A stretch of 32,000 bases of DNA from Candidatus Saccharimonadota bacterium (GTDB taxonomy: Bacteria > Patescibacteriota > Saccharimonadia > Saccharimonadales > UBA4665), in contig CP064993.1 of the NCBI GenBank assembly GCA_016699955.1, positions 960,001 to 992,000 of the forward strand, in the 5' to 3' direction. Of this stretch, positions 6,713 through 14,655 are shown piece after piece. The notes under the pieces were generated by a model. The model was not told where the DNA came from and ran no database searches. It was given only the letters and a program-made list of their open reading frames with translations. Made by a program: the position numbers and the translations under genes. Numbering within the stretch: the first letter of the stretch is position 1; every line of letters begins with the position of its first letter.

Positions 6713-7957
6713 ATGAAGGTATTAATGTTAGGATGGGAGTTACCACCTCATCATACCGGTGGGATGGGAATTGTCTGTTATCAAATGTGCAAACAACTAG
6801 CACGCAACGGAGCACAAATTGAATTTGTACTGCCGTATACCGCTGACTTCTCTCATATAAACTTTATGACTATAAACCCAGCTCTGCCAGATGATGTCGA
6901 ACAAGTCATTGGCAATGTGGCAGGTAGTACTTACGATAGCCAACACTTTGAATACGTACTGCGTGATGGATCTACGCGCGGGGCGGCTATGAATGAACAC
7001 CAGCTAAATTACGCAAAATACGTATCTCGGTTGGTGCAACTTGGTGAGTACGATGTTATCCACGCACATGATTGGTTGACTTTCCGCGCCGGGCTCGCAG
7101 CAAAACAGGCGACGGGCTTACCGCTTTTTGTTCATGTTCACTCGACAGAATACGACCGATCAGGTGGTAACAGCGGTAATCCACTAGTCAGAGAAGTTGA
7201 GTACATGGGTATGCAACTGGCCGATAGAATATTTGCAGTCAGTCAAGCGACCAAAGACACCATTGTGCGTGAGTACGACATTGACCCTAGTAAAGTAGAA
7301 GTTGTCCATAACGCCATGGAGTTTGAGCCACATGAGCTGTACGAGGATCGCAGTGACAATACTTTTCGTTACCTGACTCGCATGAAAGAAGCCGGCTATG
7401 GGGTGGTTGTAAGCGCAGGACGCCTCACTATCCAAAAAGGTCTTACTCACCTGCTACGGGCTTTTCAAAAAGCCGTTTCCAAGCGCCCAAAGAGTCTACT
7501 ACTTATAGTTGGGCCGGGCGAACAGTACGTTGAGCTAGTTGAGCTTGCGGCCGAGCTCGGTCTCAGCGGTAATGTCATTTTTACCGGTCATTTGAACGGT
7601 ACCGGCAAACAGTGGCGCGATGCCTTCCGCGCAGGCAATTTATTTGTGATGCCGAGCGTCTCTGAGCCCTTTGGACTAACGCCTTTCGAAGCCTTGGCGC
7701 AAAAAACACCTGCCCTTATTAGTCGGCAAACCGGAGCTAGTGAAATCCTGCATAGCGTACTCAAGGTAGACTATTGGGACACAGACGAAATGGCTAACCA
7801 AATTGTGGCTGTACTCGATCATGCAGATCTAGAAGCAACTTTGGCTGAAGAAGGTCATGAAGAACTTTTAAGACAAAGCTGGCAGAAACCGGCCGAAACC
7901 GTTCTTCATCACTACCATCGTCACGCGAGCGCCCGAAAGGAGCTGGCCTATGTCTGA
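6713..7957 (+). CDS. GT-B glycosyltransferase, glycogen/alpha-glucan synthase-like (GT4/GT5)
   Basis: N-terminus MKVLMLGWELPPHHTGGMG. C-terminal E-x7-E motif SEPFGLTPFEA. 414 aa. It overlaps the GH57 gene by 8 nt. Confidence 0.8.
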   Translation: MKVLMLGWELPPHHTGGMGIVCYQMCKQLARNGAQIEFVLPYTADFSHINFMTINPALPDDVEQVIGNVAGSTYDSQHFEYVLRDGSTRGAAMNEHQLNYAKYVSRLVQLGEYDVIHAHDWLTFRAGLAAKQATGLPLFVHVHSTEYDRSGGNSGNPLVREVEYMGMQLADRIFAVSQATKDTIVREYDIDPSKVEVVHNAMEFEPHELYEDRSDNTFRYLTRMKEAGYGVVVSAGRLTIQKGLTHLLRAFQKAVSKRPKSLLLIVGPGEQYVELVELAAELGLSGNVIFTGHLNGTGKQWRDAFRAGNLFVMPSVSEPFGLTPFEALAQKTPALISRQTGASEILHSVLKVDYWDTDEMANQIVAVLDHADLEATLAEEGHEELLRQSWQKPAETVLHHYHRHASARKELAYV

Positions 7958-9164
7958 TCAACGCGCAATAGTTTTATATCTACACGTCCACCAGCCTTAT
8001 CGGGTTAGGCACTACACCATTTTCGATGCTGGTCGCACGCACGACTACTTTGATGCCCAAGCTGGTAGCCCTCAAAACAATGCCGACATAGTGCGCAAGG
8101 TTGCTCACAAATCCTACCTACCGACAAACGAGCGGCTCATGCGTATGATTGCCGATAATCCCAAGTTCAGACTGTCACTTTCCATAACTGGCACTGTGCT
8201 TGAACAACTCGAAGCATATGCACCCGAAGTGTTGCATAGCTTTCAAAATTTAGTTGGCACGGGCAGAGTTGAAATTGTAAACGAAACATACCATCATTCA
8301 CTCGCCTTCTTCTACAACCGTAACGAGTTTGAAGCACAAGTACAAATGCACCGTGACATTGTCCGTCGGCTTTTTAACGTTACAACAACCGCTTTCCGCA
8401 ACACTGAGCTTAGCTACAACAATGATCTGGCATACTGGGCTGACCAAGCAGGCTACAAAGCAATTTTGAGTGAAGGCTGGGATCCAGTACTCGGCTGGCG
8501 GAGCCCCAACTTTATGTATCGGCCGGCTCACACCGAACATATTAAACTGCTGACTAAAAATTACAAGCTCAGCGACGACATTGCTTTCCGCTTTAGTAAT
8601 AAAGACTGGGAAGAATACCCGATGACAGTTGACAAATTTATGGGATGGACAAAAGACAGCTGGGATCAACCGTTACTCAATCTGTTCATGGACTATGAAA
8701 CATTTGGCGAGCACCAGTGGGCTGATAGTGGCATTTTTGACTTCCTTGAAGCCTTGCCTAAGGCATGGTTAAAAACCCCAGAACATACCTTTATGACAGT
8801 TTCCGAGGCCGCCACAGAGTTTTCTGCAGTAGACACTGTCGACTGTCCGCAAACAATTACCTGGGCAGACACAGAGCGCGACTTAACGGCGTGGGTTGGC
8901 AACAAAATGCAACAAGGGGCAATCGCCAGTTTATACGGGCTTACTGAATCAATCTTGCAAACCGGTGATTTTGCACTCATAGAAGATTGGCGCAAACTTC
9001 AAACCAGCGACCATTTTTATTACATGTGCACAAAATACTTCACCGACGGGGATGTACACGCTTACTTTAGCCCTTACGAATCACCCCATGAAGCATACAT
9101 TGCCTTTATGAATGCGTACCACGACCTTAAATACCGCCTGACAGAAAAAGGCTTTTCGGTATGA
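7950..9164 (+). CDS. glycoside hydrolase family 57 protein (alpha-amylase / alpha-glucan-active)
   Basis: GH57 signature regions are present: LHVHQPYR, GRVEIVNETYHH, FRNTELSY and MDYETFGEHQW. 404 aa. Confidence 0.8.
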   Translation: MSDQRAIVLYLHVHQPYRVRHYTIFDAGRTHDYFDAQAGSPQNNADIVRKVAHKSYLPTNERLMRMIADNPKFRLSLSITGTVLEQLEAYAPEVLHSFQNLVGTGRVEIVNETYHHSLAFFYNRNEFEAQVQMHRDIVRRLFNVTTTAFRNTELSYNNDLAYWADQAGYKAILSEGWDPVLGWRSPNFMYRPAHTEHIKLLTKNYKLSDDIAFRFSNKDWEEYPMTVDKFMGWTKDSWDQPLLNLFMDYETFGEHQWADSGIFDFLEALPKAWLKTPEHTFMTVSEAATEFSAVDTVDCPQTITWADTERDLTAWVGNKMQQGAIASLYGLTESILQTGDFALIEDWRKLQTSDHFYYMCTKYFTDGDVHAYFSPYESPHEAYIAFMNAYHDLKYRLTEKGFSV

Positions 9165-9228
9165 CCAGATTAAAGCTTGAGAAAACAGGTTTAAGATTAC
9201 TTCTCTCCTACAGTTTATCTTCTTTCTT

Positions 9229-9249
9229 TTGCAAGGCAGAGCCTTGCAA
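9229..9249 (+). promoter_or_regulatory. 9-bp hairpin occluding the GH15 start codon
   Basis: ttgcaaggc (9229-9237), loop aga, gccttgcaa (9241-9249). The last paired base is the A of the ATG at 9249. No SD and no downstream T-tract. Confidence 0.4.
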
Positions 9250-11180
9250 TGGGTAGACCGGTTATTCTCGGCAACGGTGCCCTAACGGTCGGACTCAACG
9301 AAGCTGGTCTTGTGCACGATTTTTACTACCCGTATGTTGGGCTTGACAACCTTACAACTGCACGGAGTCTACAACACCGCATTGGTGTTTTTTGCGATCA
9401 AACATTTAGCTGGGTTGACGATGGCACTTGGACCACAAGTGTGCTCAGCGAAACTGACGCACTTATCAGTAGCGTATCCATGTCAAATCATGACTTAAAT
9501 TTGTCGCTTGAAAGCAGTGATTTTGTCGATACAGAATACAACGCTTTTTGCCGTCAGATTCGGGTGAAAAATACTTCTGAAGCCAGCCGTTCTGTACGTC
9601 TGTTTATGCACCAGGTTTTTGAAATTTCGCGGGGTGGCCGCGGTGATACCGCGCTATACGTTCCAGACGGACCTTACATACTCGATTATAAGGGCCGCTG
9701 CAGCCTCATTATCTTTGGTCGTGCTGATGATGACTCGCCATTTGACCAGTATTGTGTCGGTAACTACGGCATTGAAGGGAAAGAGGGTAGCTGGAAAGAC
9801 GCCGAAGACGGCGAGCTCTCTGGAAACGCTGTAGAGCACGGCGGAGTCGATTCTGTGTTGGCTATTCCCGTTACGGTACCAGCCAACGGAGAAACAGTGG
9901 TCGAGTATTGGGTTGTTGCCGCGGACTCACAGTACAGCGCAGAGAAAATTCATAACCAGCTTCTCACCCTTGGTCTAGAAAGCAGGCTGGATAAAGCGCG
10001 CTCTCACTGGAAGAAATGGCTACAAACCGCTGAGGCAGCTACCGCGAACATACCAGACAAAGAAAAAATGGCAATCAAAAAGTCACTTATGGTTATTAAA
10101 GCCCACACCGACAGACGCGGTGGTGTAATTGCAAGTTGCGATTCAAGCATCTACAACTATGGCCGAGACTATTACAGTTATGTCTGGCCCAGGGACGGCG
10201 CTTACGCCATGTGGCCACTCATACGACTCGGCTACACTGAGGAACCAAAGATGTTCTTTGAGTTTTGTCGAGACATTATGAACCCCGAAGGCTATATGAT
10301 GCACAAGTATCAGCCAGATAAAGCCATAGGCAGCACGTGGCACCCACTGGTACATGGCAAACGCAGTGAGCTTGCTATTCAAGAAGACGAGACGGCAATC
10401 ATTATATTTATGCTGCACAAATTCTACGAAGAAACTGGCGACAAAGAATTTGTCTCAAATTTGTACAGTACCATGGTACAACCAATGGCAAATTTTATGA
10501 CCGATTTTCGGGACGAAGCAACAGGCCTCCCTCACGCCAGCTACGACTTGTGGGAAGAAAAATTTCTCACAAACACTTACACTACCGCGCTCACTCACCG
10601 CGCTCTTATGGCAGCCGCAGACTTTGCAGATATCTTTGCCTTCCCTGATGACGCCGTCAAATGGCGCGAAACCGCCGATCACATAGCCCAGAATACAAAG
10701 GTGTTTGTTGACCCAGAGCGACAGTACCTAAGAAAAGGCTTTCTCCTTCAAGAAGACGGCTCACTGCAGTTTGATAATACCCTAGATGTATCGAGTGCCT
10801 ATGGCAGTATGATGTTTGCTACCAAGGCGATTGGCTCTGCTCATATTCAAAAAACGTTTGAGGGCATAGAATCGGTGCTTCTTCATAAATCGCCTTCTGG
10901 CGGAGCGCCTCGCTATGAACACGACACCTATTTTCGATCAGATCCACCGCACATGGGCAACCCCTGGTTTGTCACAACGCTATGGGTTGCGTGCTCTTAC
11001 ATACAGACAAACAGAGAAGATGAAGCCAAAAAACTGGTAGAATGGACGCTCCAACACGCCCTCCCCAGCGGAGCCTTAAGCGAGCAAATTGATCCCACAA
11101 CCGGTGAACCGCTGTCTGTGCTCCCACTGGTTTGGAGCCATGCGGAGCTTATCAACACCCTTCTTGACCTATACGGCTAA
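9249..11180 (+). CDS. glycoside hydrolase family 15 protein (glucoamylase/glucodextranase/trehalase-like)
   Basis: 643 aa. N-terminal beta-domain plus a catalytic barrel with YSYVWPRDGAY and DLWEEK motifs. Confidence 0.85.
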   Translation: MGRPVILGNGALTVGLNEAGLVHDFYYPYVGLDNLTTARSLQHRIGVFCDQTFSWVDDGTWTTSVLSETDALISSVSMSNHDLNLSLESSDFVDTEYNAFCRQIRVKNTSEASRSVRLFMHQVFEISRGGRGDTALYVPDGPYILDYKGRCSLIIFGRADDDSPFDQYCVGNYGIEGKEGSWKDAEDGELSGNAVEHGGVDSVLAIPVTVPANGETVVEYWVVAADSQYSAEKIHNQLLTLGLESRLDKARSHWKKWLQTAEAATANIPDKEKMAIKKSLMVIKAHTDRRGGVIASCDSSIYNYGRDYYSYVWPRDGAYAMWPLIRLGYTEEPKMFFEFCRDIMNPEGYMMHKYQPDKAIGSTWHPLVHGKRSELAIQEDETAIIIFMLHKFYEETGDKEFVSNLYSTMVQPMANFMTDFRDEATGLPHASYDLWEEKFLTNTYTTALTHRALMAAADFADIFAFPDDAVKWRETADHIAQNTKVFVDPERQYLRKGFLLQEDGSLQFDNTLDVSSAYGSMMFATKAIGSAHIQKTFEGIESVLLHKSPSGGAPRYEHDTYFRSDPPHMGNPWFVTTLWVACSYIQTNREDEAKKLVEWTLQHALPSGALSEQIDPTTGEPLSVLPLVWSHAELINTLLDLYG

Positions 11181-11184
11181 TAGC

Positions 11185-11211
11185 AAAAACGCCCGTTTTT
11201 CGGGCGTTTTT
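11185..11211. terminator. bidirectional rho-independent terminator between GH15 and rpmG
   Basis: aaaaacgcccg-ttttt-cgggcgttttt. The GC core is 7 bp and is extended by A/T pairs. It gives a U-tract on both strands. Confidence 0.85.
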
Positions 11212-11228
11212 CACCTGGGACAATGTTT

Positions 11229-11432
11229 TTACTTCTTAGGTTTTACTTCGTTGCGGCCGAGGTTTTTCTTGGTCTCAGTAAATACAACGTGTTTGCGAAG
11301 TCTCTTGCTGTATTTTTTCAGACTCAGCTTTTCTGGAGTGTTCATTGTGTTCTTACTTGTGTAGTATATGCGTTCACCAGACTCTTCACTCACTAGTCCT
11401 ATAAGTTTGCGCTTTTCACCTTTTTTTGCCAT
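11229..11432 (-). CDS. rpmG: 50S ribosomal protein L33 (Cys-less form)
   Basis: 67 aa, with [33 protein letters not shown] matching the L33 core. The CxxC pairs are replaced (SEES, SKRL). Confidence 0.85.
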   Translation of the reverse strand: MAKKGEKRKLIGLVSEESGERIYYTSKNTMNTPEKLSLKKYSKRLRKHVVFTETKKNLGRNEVKPKK

Positions 11433-11440
11433 ATCCGGTT

Positions 11441-11469
11441 ATTTTAACAGACAGAACCGGGAATGTAAA
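11441..11469 (-). promoter_or_regulatory. sigma70-type promoter of rpmG (TTTACA-17-TAAAAT), 8 nt from the ATG
   Basis: On the minus strand the -35 is at 11469-11464, the spacer is 17 nt, and the -10 is at 11446-11441. Then aaccggat and the ATG. No SD. Confidence 0.5.
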
Positions 11470-11470
11470 C

Positions 11471-11501
11471 AAAAATACCGAGTGATCAACTCGGTATTTT
11501 T
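11471..11501. terminator. bidirectional rho-independent terminator
   Basis: ataccgagt (11475-11483), loop gatca, actcggtat (11489-11497). Flanked by AAAAA and TTTTT. Confidence 0.8.
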
Positions 11502-11655
11502 GATTCCTGCAGGAATTTGAGAAGTTTTATGTAAACCTGTTCGCTAGTTTGGCTAACGATAGTTTACAAGGTATGACCGTTTCGGTGCGCTTTTTATACG
11601 TTCCTCTGGGCCAATTAGTTGTAAGTGTTTGGTTTTTTGCGCCAATGCGCTTACT
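11471..11655 (-). ncRNA. candidate structured small RNA (about 185 nt), unknown family
   Basis: Bounded by promoter TTGACA-17-TAATTT (11690-11662) and the terminator at 11497-11471. It has no ATG in any minus-strand frame. Its hairpins are GCGC-AUUG-GCGC, a 14-bp composite stem (UGUAAAC..UCGUUAG-CCAAA-CUAGCGA..GUUUACA), and AUUCC-UGCA-GGAAU. Confidence 0.4.
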
Positions 11656-11661
11656 ACTTTT

Positions 11662-11690
11662 AAATTACTACTACGCTTACGCTTTGTCAA
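11662..11690 (-). promoter_or_regulatory. sigma70-type promoter (TTGACA-17-TAATTT) immediately downstream of tRNA-Thr(GGT)
   Basis: On the minus strand a consensus -35 TTGACA is at 11690-11685, with a 17-nt spacer and -10 TAATTT at 11667-11662. Confidence 0.5.
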
Positions 11691-11700
11691 GTACTATTCT

Positions 11701-11775
<75 letters not shown>

Positions 11776-11778
11776 AAG

Positions 11779-11864
11779 TGGTGCAGGGTGTAGGATTCGA
11801 ACCTACGAAGGCATAAGCCAACAGATTTACAGTCTGTCGTGTTTGACCGCTTCACTAACCCTGC
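11779..11864 (-). tRNA. trnY: tRNA-Tyr (anticodon GTA), long variable arm, CCA encoded
   Basis: Acceptor GCAGGGT/ACCCTGC, anticodon stem ACAGA/TCTGT with loop CTGTAAA, 14-nt variable arm, T-arm GTAGG-TTCGAAT-CCTAC. 86 nt. Confidence 0.95.
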
Positions 11865-11878
11865 GCATTAAAGAACCA

Positions 11879-11955
11879 TGGAGCCACCTGAGGGATTCGA
11901 ACCCACGACCCGCTGTTTACAAAACAGCCGCTCTGGCCAACTGAGCTAAGGTGGC
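11879..11955 (-). tRNA. trnT: tRNA-Thr (anticodon TGT), CCA encoded
   Basis: Acceptor GCCACCT/AGGTGGC, anticodon stem GCTGT/ACAGC with loop TTTGTAA, T-loop TTCGAAT (one U-U mismatch in the T-stem). 77 nt. Confidence 0.9.
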
Positions 11956-11969
11956 AATCAATCACGAGT

Positions 11970-11998
11970 AGTGTATCAAAACAGGGGTTATCTGGCAA
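11970..11998 (-). promoter_or_regulatory. sigma70-type promoter for the tRNA cluster (TTGCCA-17-TACACT)
   Basis: On the minus strand the -35 is at 11998-11993, the spacer is 17 nt, and the -10 is at 11975-11970. The -10 lies 14 nt upstream of tRNA-Thr(TGT). Confidence 0.45.
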
Positions 11999-12190
11999 CA
12001 ACGCTTGTTGCCTGTGCTTCCCTTGTCGCTTACCCTTCGTTATGCAATATCTTGCGCAACAGATGTAGCAAGCTAGCCAGATGTCGCTTGAGAACATCCC
12101 TGGGTCTTTCTAGAATCGAAATAACGGCCTTTTTCTTACTAACACATTCGCTTAAAATACTTCACGGACGTGGAACTTATCTGCAGCTAC

Positions 12191-12865
12191 CTAGATAACA
12201 ACTCGACGGGGACGAAGGATGCGGCGAGGTTTGCCTGAAGGAACAATAAGAGTCTTGAGCTTTTCTGCTACTTTCTCGGCTTTTTCATCCATGCCACGTT
12301 CCAAAAAAGCTCGGTGCAATAAAGAATATGTTTCTTCATTTGGCTCCAGCTCAACAGCCCGATGCAGCGACGCAAACATTAGCTTTTCATTCCCAAGTTT
12401 TTCGTTTACTTTTGCATAAGCTACGTGTCGGGCTGCCAAATTTTCTTCTAGCCTGAGCGCCTGCTCAAAAGCTATGCCGGCTTTTTCATAATTTTCTGTT
12501 TCATAGTATATGAGCCCCAAATTATGGAGGCTCGAGGGTGTTGCTTCTATACTACTGGCAATTTCAAAACAATCTATGGCGTCACGATATTCTTTTTGTT
12601 TGGCGTAAAGAATTCCCAGGCGGTTATACGCCGCCGCGTTTTTCTCGTCAATCTTCAAGATGGTCAGAAGTGCTTTTTCAGCACGTAAAAAACGGTTTTC
12701 TCTCATGCCTTGATGCGCTATATCCCAGAGCTTGCCTATGCGGTCACCAACTTTACGAGAAATATCTGACTCGTCTTCTGTGCGTTTTCGGGTGTGCAGT
12801 AGGCCCATAAAACCAAATGCGCTTACTACTAATAGTTCGTACATATCTTCCTTACAGTATAGCAC
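12191..12865 (-). CDS. TPR-repeat protein with N-terminal membrane anchor
   Basis: 224 aa. Several 34-residue TPR units (AAAYNRLGILYAKQKEYRDAIDCFEIA..., LHNLGLIYYETENYEKAGIAFEQAL...). The start is 1 nt after the holB stop. Confidence 0.8.
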   Translation of the reverse strand: MLYCKEDMYELLVVSAFGFMGLLHTRKRTEDESDISRKVGDRIGKLWDIAHQGMRENRFLRAEKALLTILKIDEKNAAAYNRLGILYAKQKEYRDAIDCFEIASSIEATPSSLHNLGLIYYETENYEKAGIAFEQALRLEENLAARHVAYAKVNEKLGNEKLMFASLHRAVELEPNEETYSLLHRAFLERGMDEKAEKVAEKLKTLIVPSGKPRRILRPRRVVI

Positions 12866-12866
12866 A

Positions 12867-13718
12867 TCACAGTTCTAGCATAAGCTCTGTCAATACAAGT
12901 TTGGTGTGCCCCCTCTGTGCGAGTGCTTTTTGCGCAATAATACCGCTGGTTAAAATCCGCTGCCACTGCACTGTATTCTCTGATTGTCTGAGGCTCATTG
13001 ACGCCACCAGCACAAGCGTGTCGACAAATTGAGCTGCCTGTTCTTTATCTTTGAGATCGCTATCAATAATCGTTAACCGACTAAATTTATCACCAGTCAG
13101 CGCTCGTTTTACCAACCCATAAACGGCAAAACCTTCACTGGCAGATTCCTCAAGGAGTTGGTTGACTACCGACGGGCTTCCGCCGCCGAGCAATATCGCT
13201 TGTTCTACGTGCGCTGTATCGAACCCTTTTGTCAAAAAATACTTTTTTGTGTCTTCTGGTTCGGGGAGACGCACACGAAGAATCTGCACCCGAGATCTTA
13301 TGGTTGCTAGCAATTTGCCAGGGGCAGAAGATGTCAGAATAAGTACCGTCCGTTCTGGTGGTTCTTCGAGCAATTTAAGTAGCGCGTTTTGAGCCTGCCG
13401 CGACATGGTTTCTGCGTCTACAATTACAATCGCACGGGAAACACTTTTCTCACCCGGAACTACTAGCGACACAAAGCTAACTAAATCTCTTATGGGTTTT
13501 ATGGCAATAACACCCTTTTCGGGCGTAATTAGCCGCACAAATGCCTGCCCCGTTACTTTATTGGATGGTACGCCAAGCAGTTTTCCTACGAGTTCGATCG
13601 CCAGGTGCGTTTTACCGACTCCAACAGTGCCTGTAAGTAGTACGGCGTGCGTTGGGTTGCTAATATAGCGCGCCAGGGCTGCTACTGTTTCAGGGTGCAC
13701 GAGCAGGTCAGGATCCAT
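12867..13718 (-). CDS. holB: DNA polymerase III delta-prime subunit (AAA+ clamp-loader)
   Basis: Walker A-like GTVGVGKTH, then IVIVDAETMSRQAQNALLKLLEEPP and the SRVQ sensor motif. 283 aa. Confidence 0.85.
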   Translation of the reverse strand: MDPDLLVHPETVAALARYISNPTHAVLLTGTVGVGKTHLAIELVGKLLGVPSNKVTGQAFVRLITPEKGVIAIKPIRDLVSFVSLVVPGEKSVSRAIVIVDAETMSRQAQNALLKLLEEPPERTVLILTSSAPGKLLATIRSRVQILRVRLPEPEDTKKYFLTKGFDTAHVEQAILLGGGSPSVVNQLLEESASEGFAVYGLVKRALTGDKFSRLTIIDSDLKDKEQAAQFVDTLVLVASMSLRQSENTVQWQRILTSGIIAQKALAQRGHTKLVLTELMLEL

Positions 13719-14628
13719 GCTTCAGCTTGTCTTCAAAGCCACCTGGCGTATTAACACGAAAAACTTTGCGCTCATGGCCAGCCAGAATAGTCAGTTCTAG
13801 CTCCTCAGCATGCAAATACAGACGATCGGCTGGTTCTCCGTTGTACAGCACATCGCCCACAATTGGGGCTCCCTGGTGCGCAAGGTGTACGCGAAGCTGG
13901 TGGGTACGGCCAGTTTCAGGTTTGAGCTCCAGTAGACTGTAGCCGCCGCCAGTGGCCAGTGTTCTGTACATGGTTTGCGCATGCTTACCCTGGGGGCCTA
14001 CGCGAAATGTGGCTGGTGCTTTTGGGTTTCGTTCTATAGGCATGTCTATAACAGCGGCCTCGGGGTTCATGGTACCTTTTATAACGGCCCGGTAAGTTTT
14101 CTTAGTTTTACGCTGTGCGAATTGTTTTTGCAACCAGCTGAGCGCCTCAGGTGTTTTGGCGCATATCATGACGCCGCTTGTTGCTCTGTCGAGTCGATGC
14201 ACAATACCCGCCCGACTCGTGTGAAATGTTAGACCTCGCATATGCTCGTCGCCTCTGTTATCTAGATGTGCGAGGTCTAACCTTTCACATCTTTTTCGGA
14301 GCCAGGTGGCCACAGTTGGTTCGGGGTTGAAGGCGCCTTTGCTGTGTGTAAGCAATCCCACTGGCTTATTTATAACCACGCAGTCATCGTCTTCATACAC
14401 GATCTCTAAGTCAATATCTGGTATGCTCTCCTCTTTTGCGGGGTCATAGTCGACAGCGACAACGTCATTCGGTTTCATCTTGTAACCAGCTTTTACCTGG
14501 AATGCGCCATTAACTGAGACTCGTTTACCTTCAATGAGTTTAGCGGCATATGCGCGGCTTAGCTGCGGAAGCATCGCTACAACTCGCTGATCTAATCTCT
14601 CCGCCCGGCTGATTTCAATATTTGCCAT
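13708..14628 (-). CDS. rluD: 23S rRNA/tRNA pseudouridine synthase, RluA/RluD family with S4 domain
   Basis: Catalytic HRLDRATSGV, plus KTYRAV and GRTHQLRVHLA..G.PIVGD.LY. 306 aa. Confidence 0.85.
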   Translation of the reverse strand: MANIEISRAERLDQRVVAMLPQLSRAYAAKLIEGKRVSVNGAFQVKAGYKMKPNDVVAVDYDPAKEESIPDIDLEIVYEDDDCVVINKPVGLLTHSKGAFNPEPTVATWLRKRCERLDLAHLDNRGDEHMRGLTFHTSRAGIVHRLDRATSGVMICAKTPEALSWLQKQFAQRKTKKTYRAVIKGTMNPEAAVIDMPIERNPKAPATFRVGPQGKHAQTMYRTLATGGGYSLLELKPETGRTHQLRVHLAHQGAPIVGDVLYNGEPADRLYLHAEELELTILAGHERKVFRVNTPGGFEDKLKHGS

Positions 14629-14655
14629 TGATTACATTCTAACAGAGGTGAGCCA

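Noticed and set aside
11644-11658. 15-nt exact repeat aatgcgcttactact, also present at 12816-12830
   Set aside because: A single 15-mer coincidence is about what chance predicts for all pairs within 32 kb on two strands. One copy is inside the TPR-protein coding region, and there is no flanking similarity.
11994-12012. 8-bp hairpin ggcaacaa-cgc-ttgttgcc as terminator of the TPR-protein operon
   Set aside because: No U-tract follows it on the minus strand, and it overlaps the predicted -35 of the tRNA promoter. It may be structural or coincidental, but it cannot be called a terminator.
11855-12097. 80-aa minus-strand ORF, and the 75-aa plus-strand ORF at 11971-12198
   Set aside because: The first overlaps two tRNA genes and their promoter region. 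The second lies in the tRNA upstream region with no translation signals.
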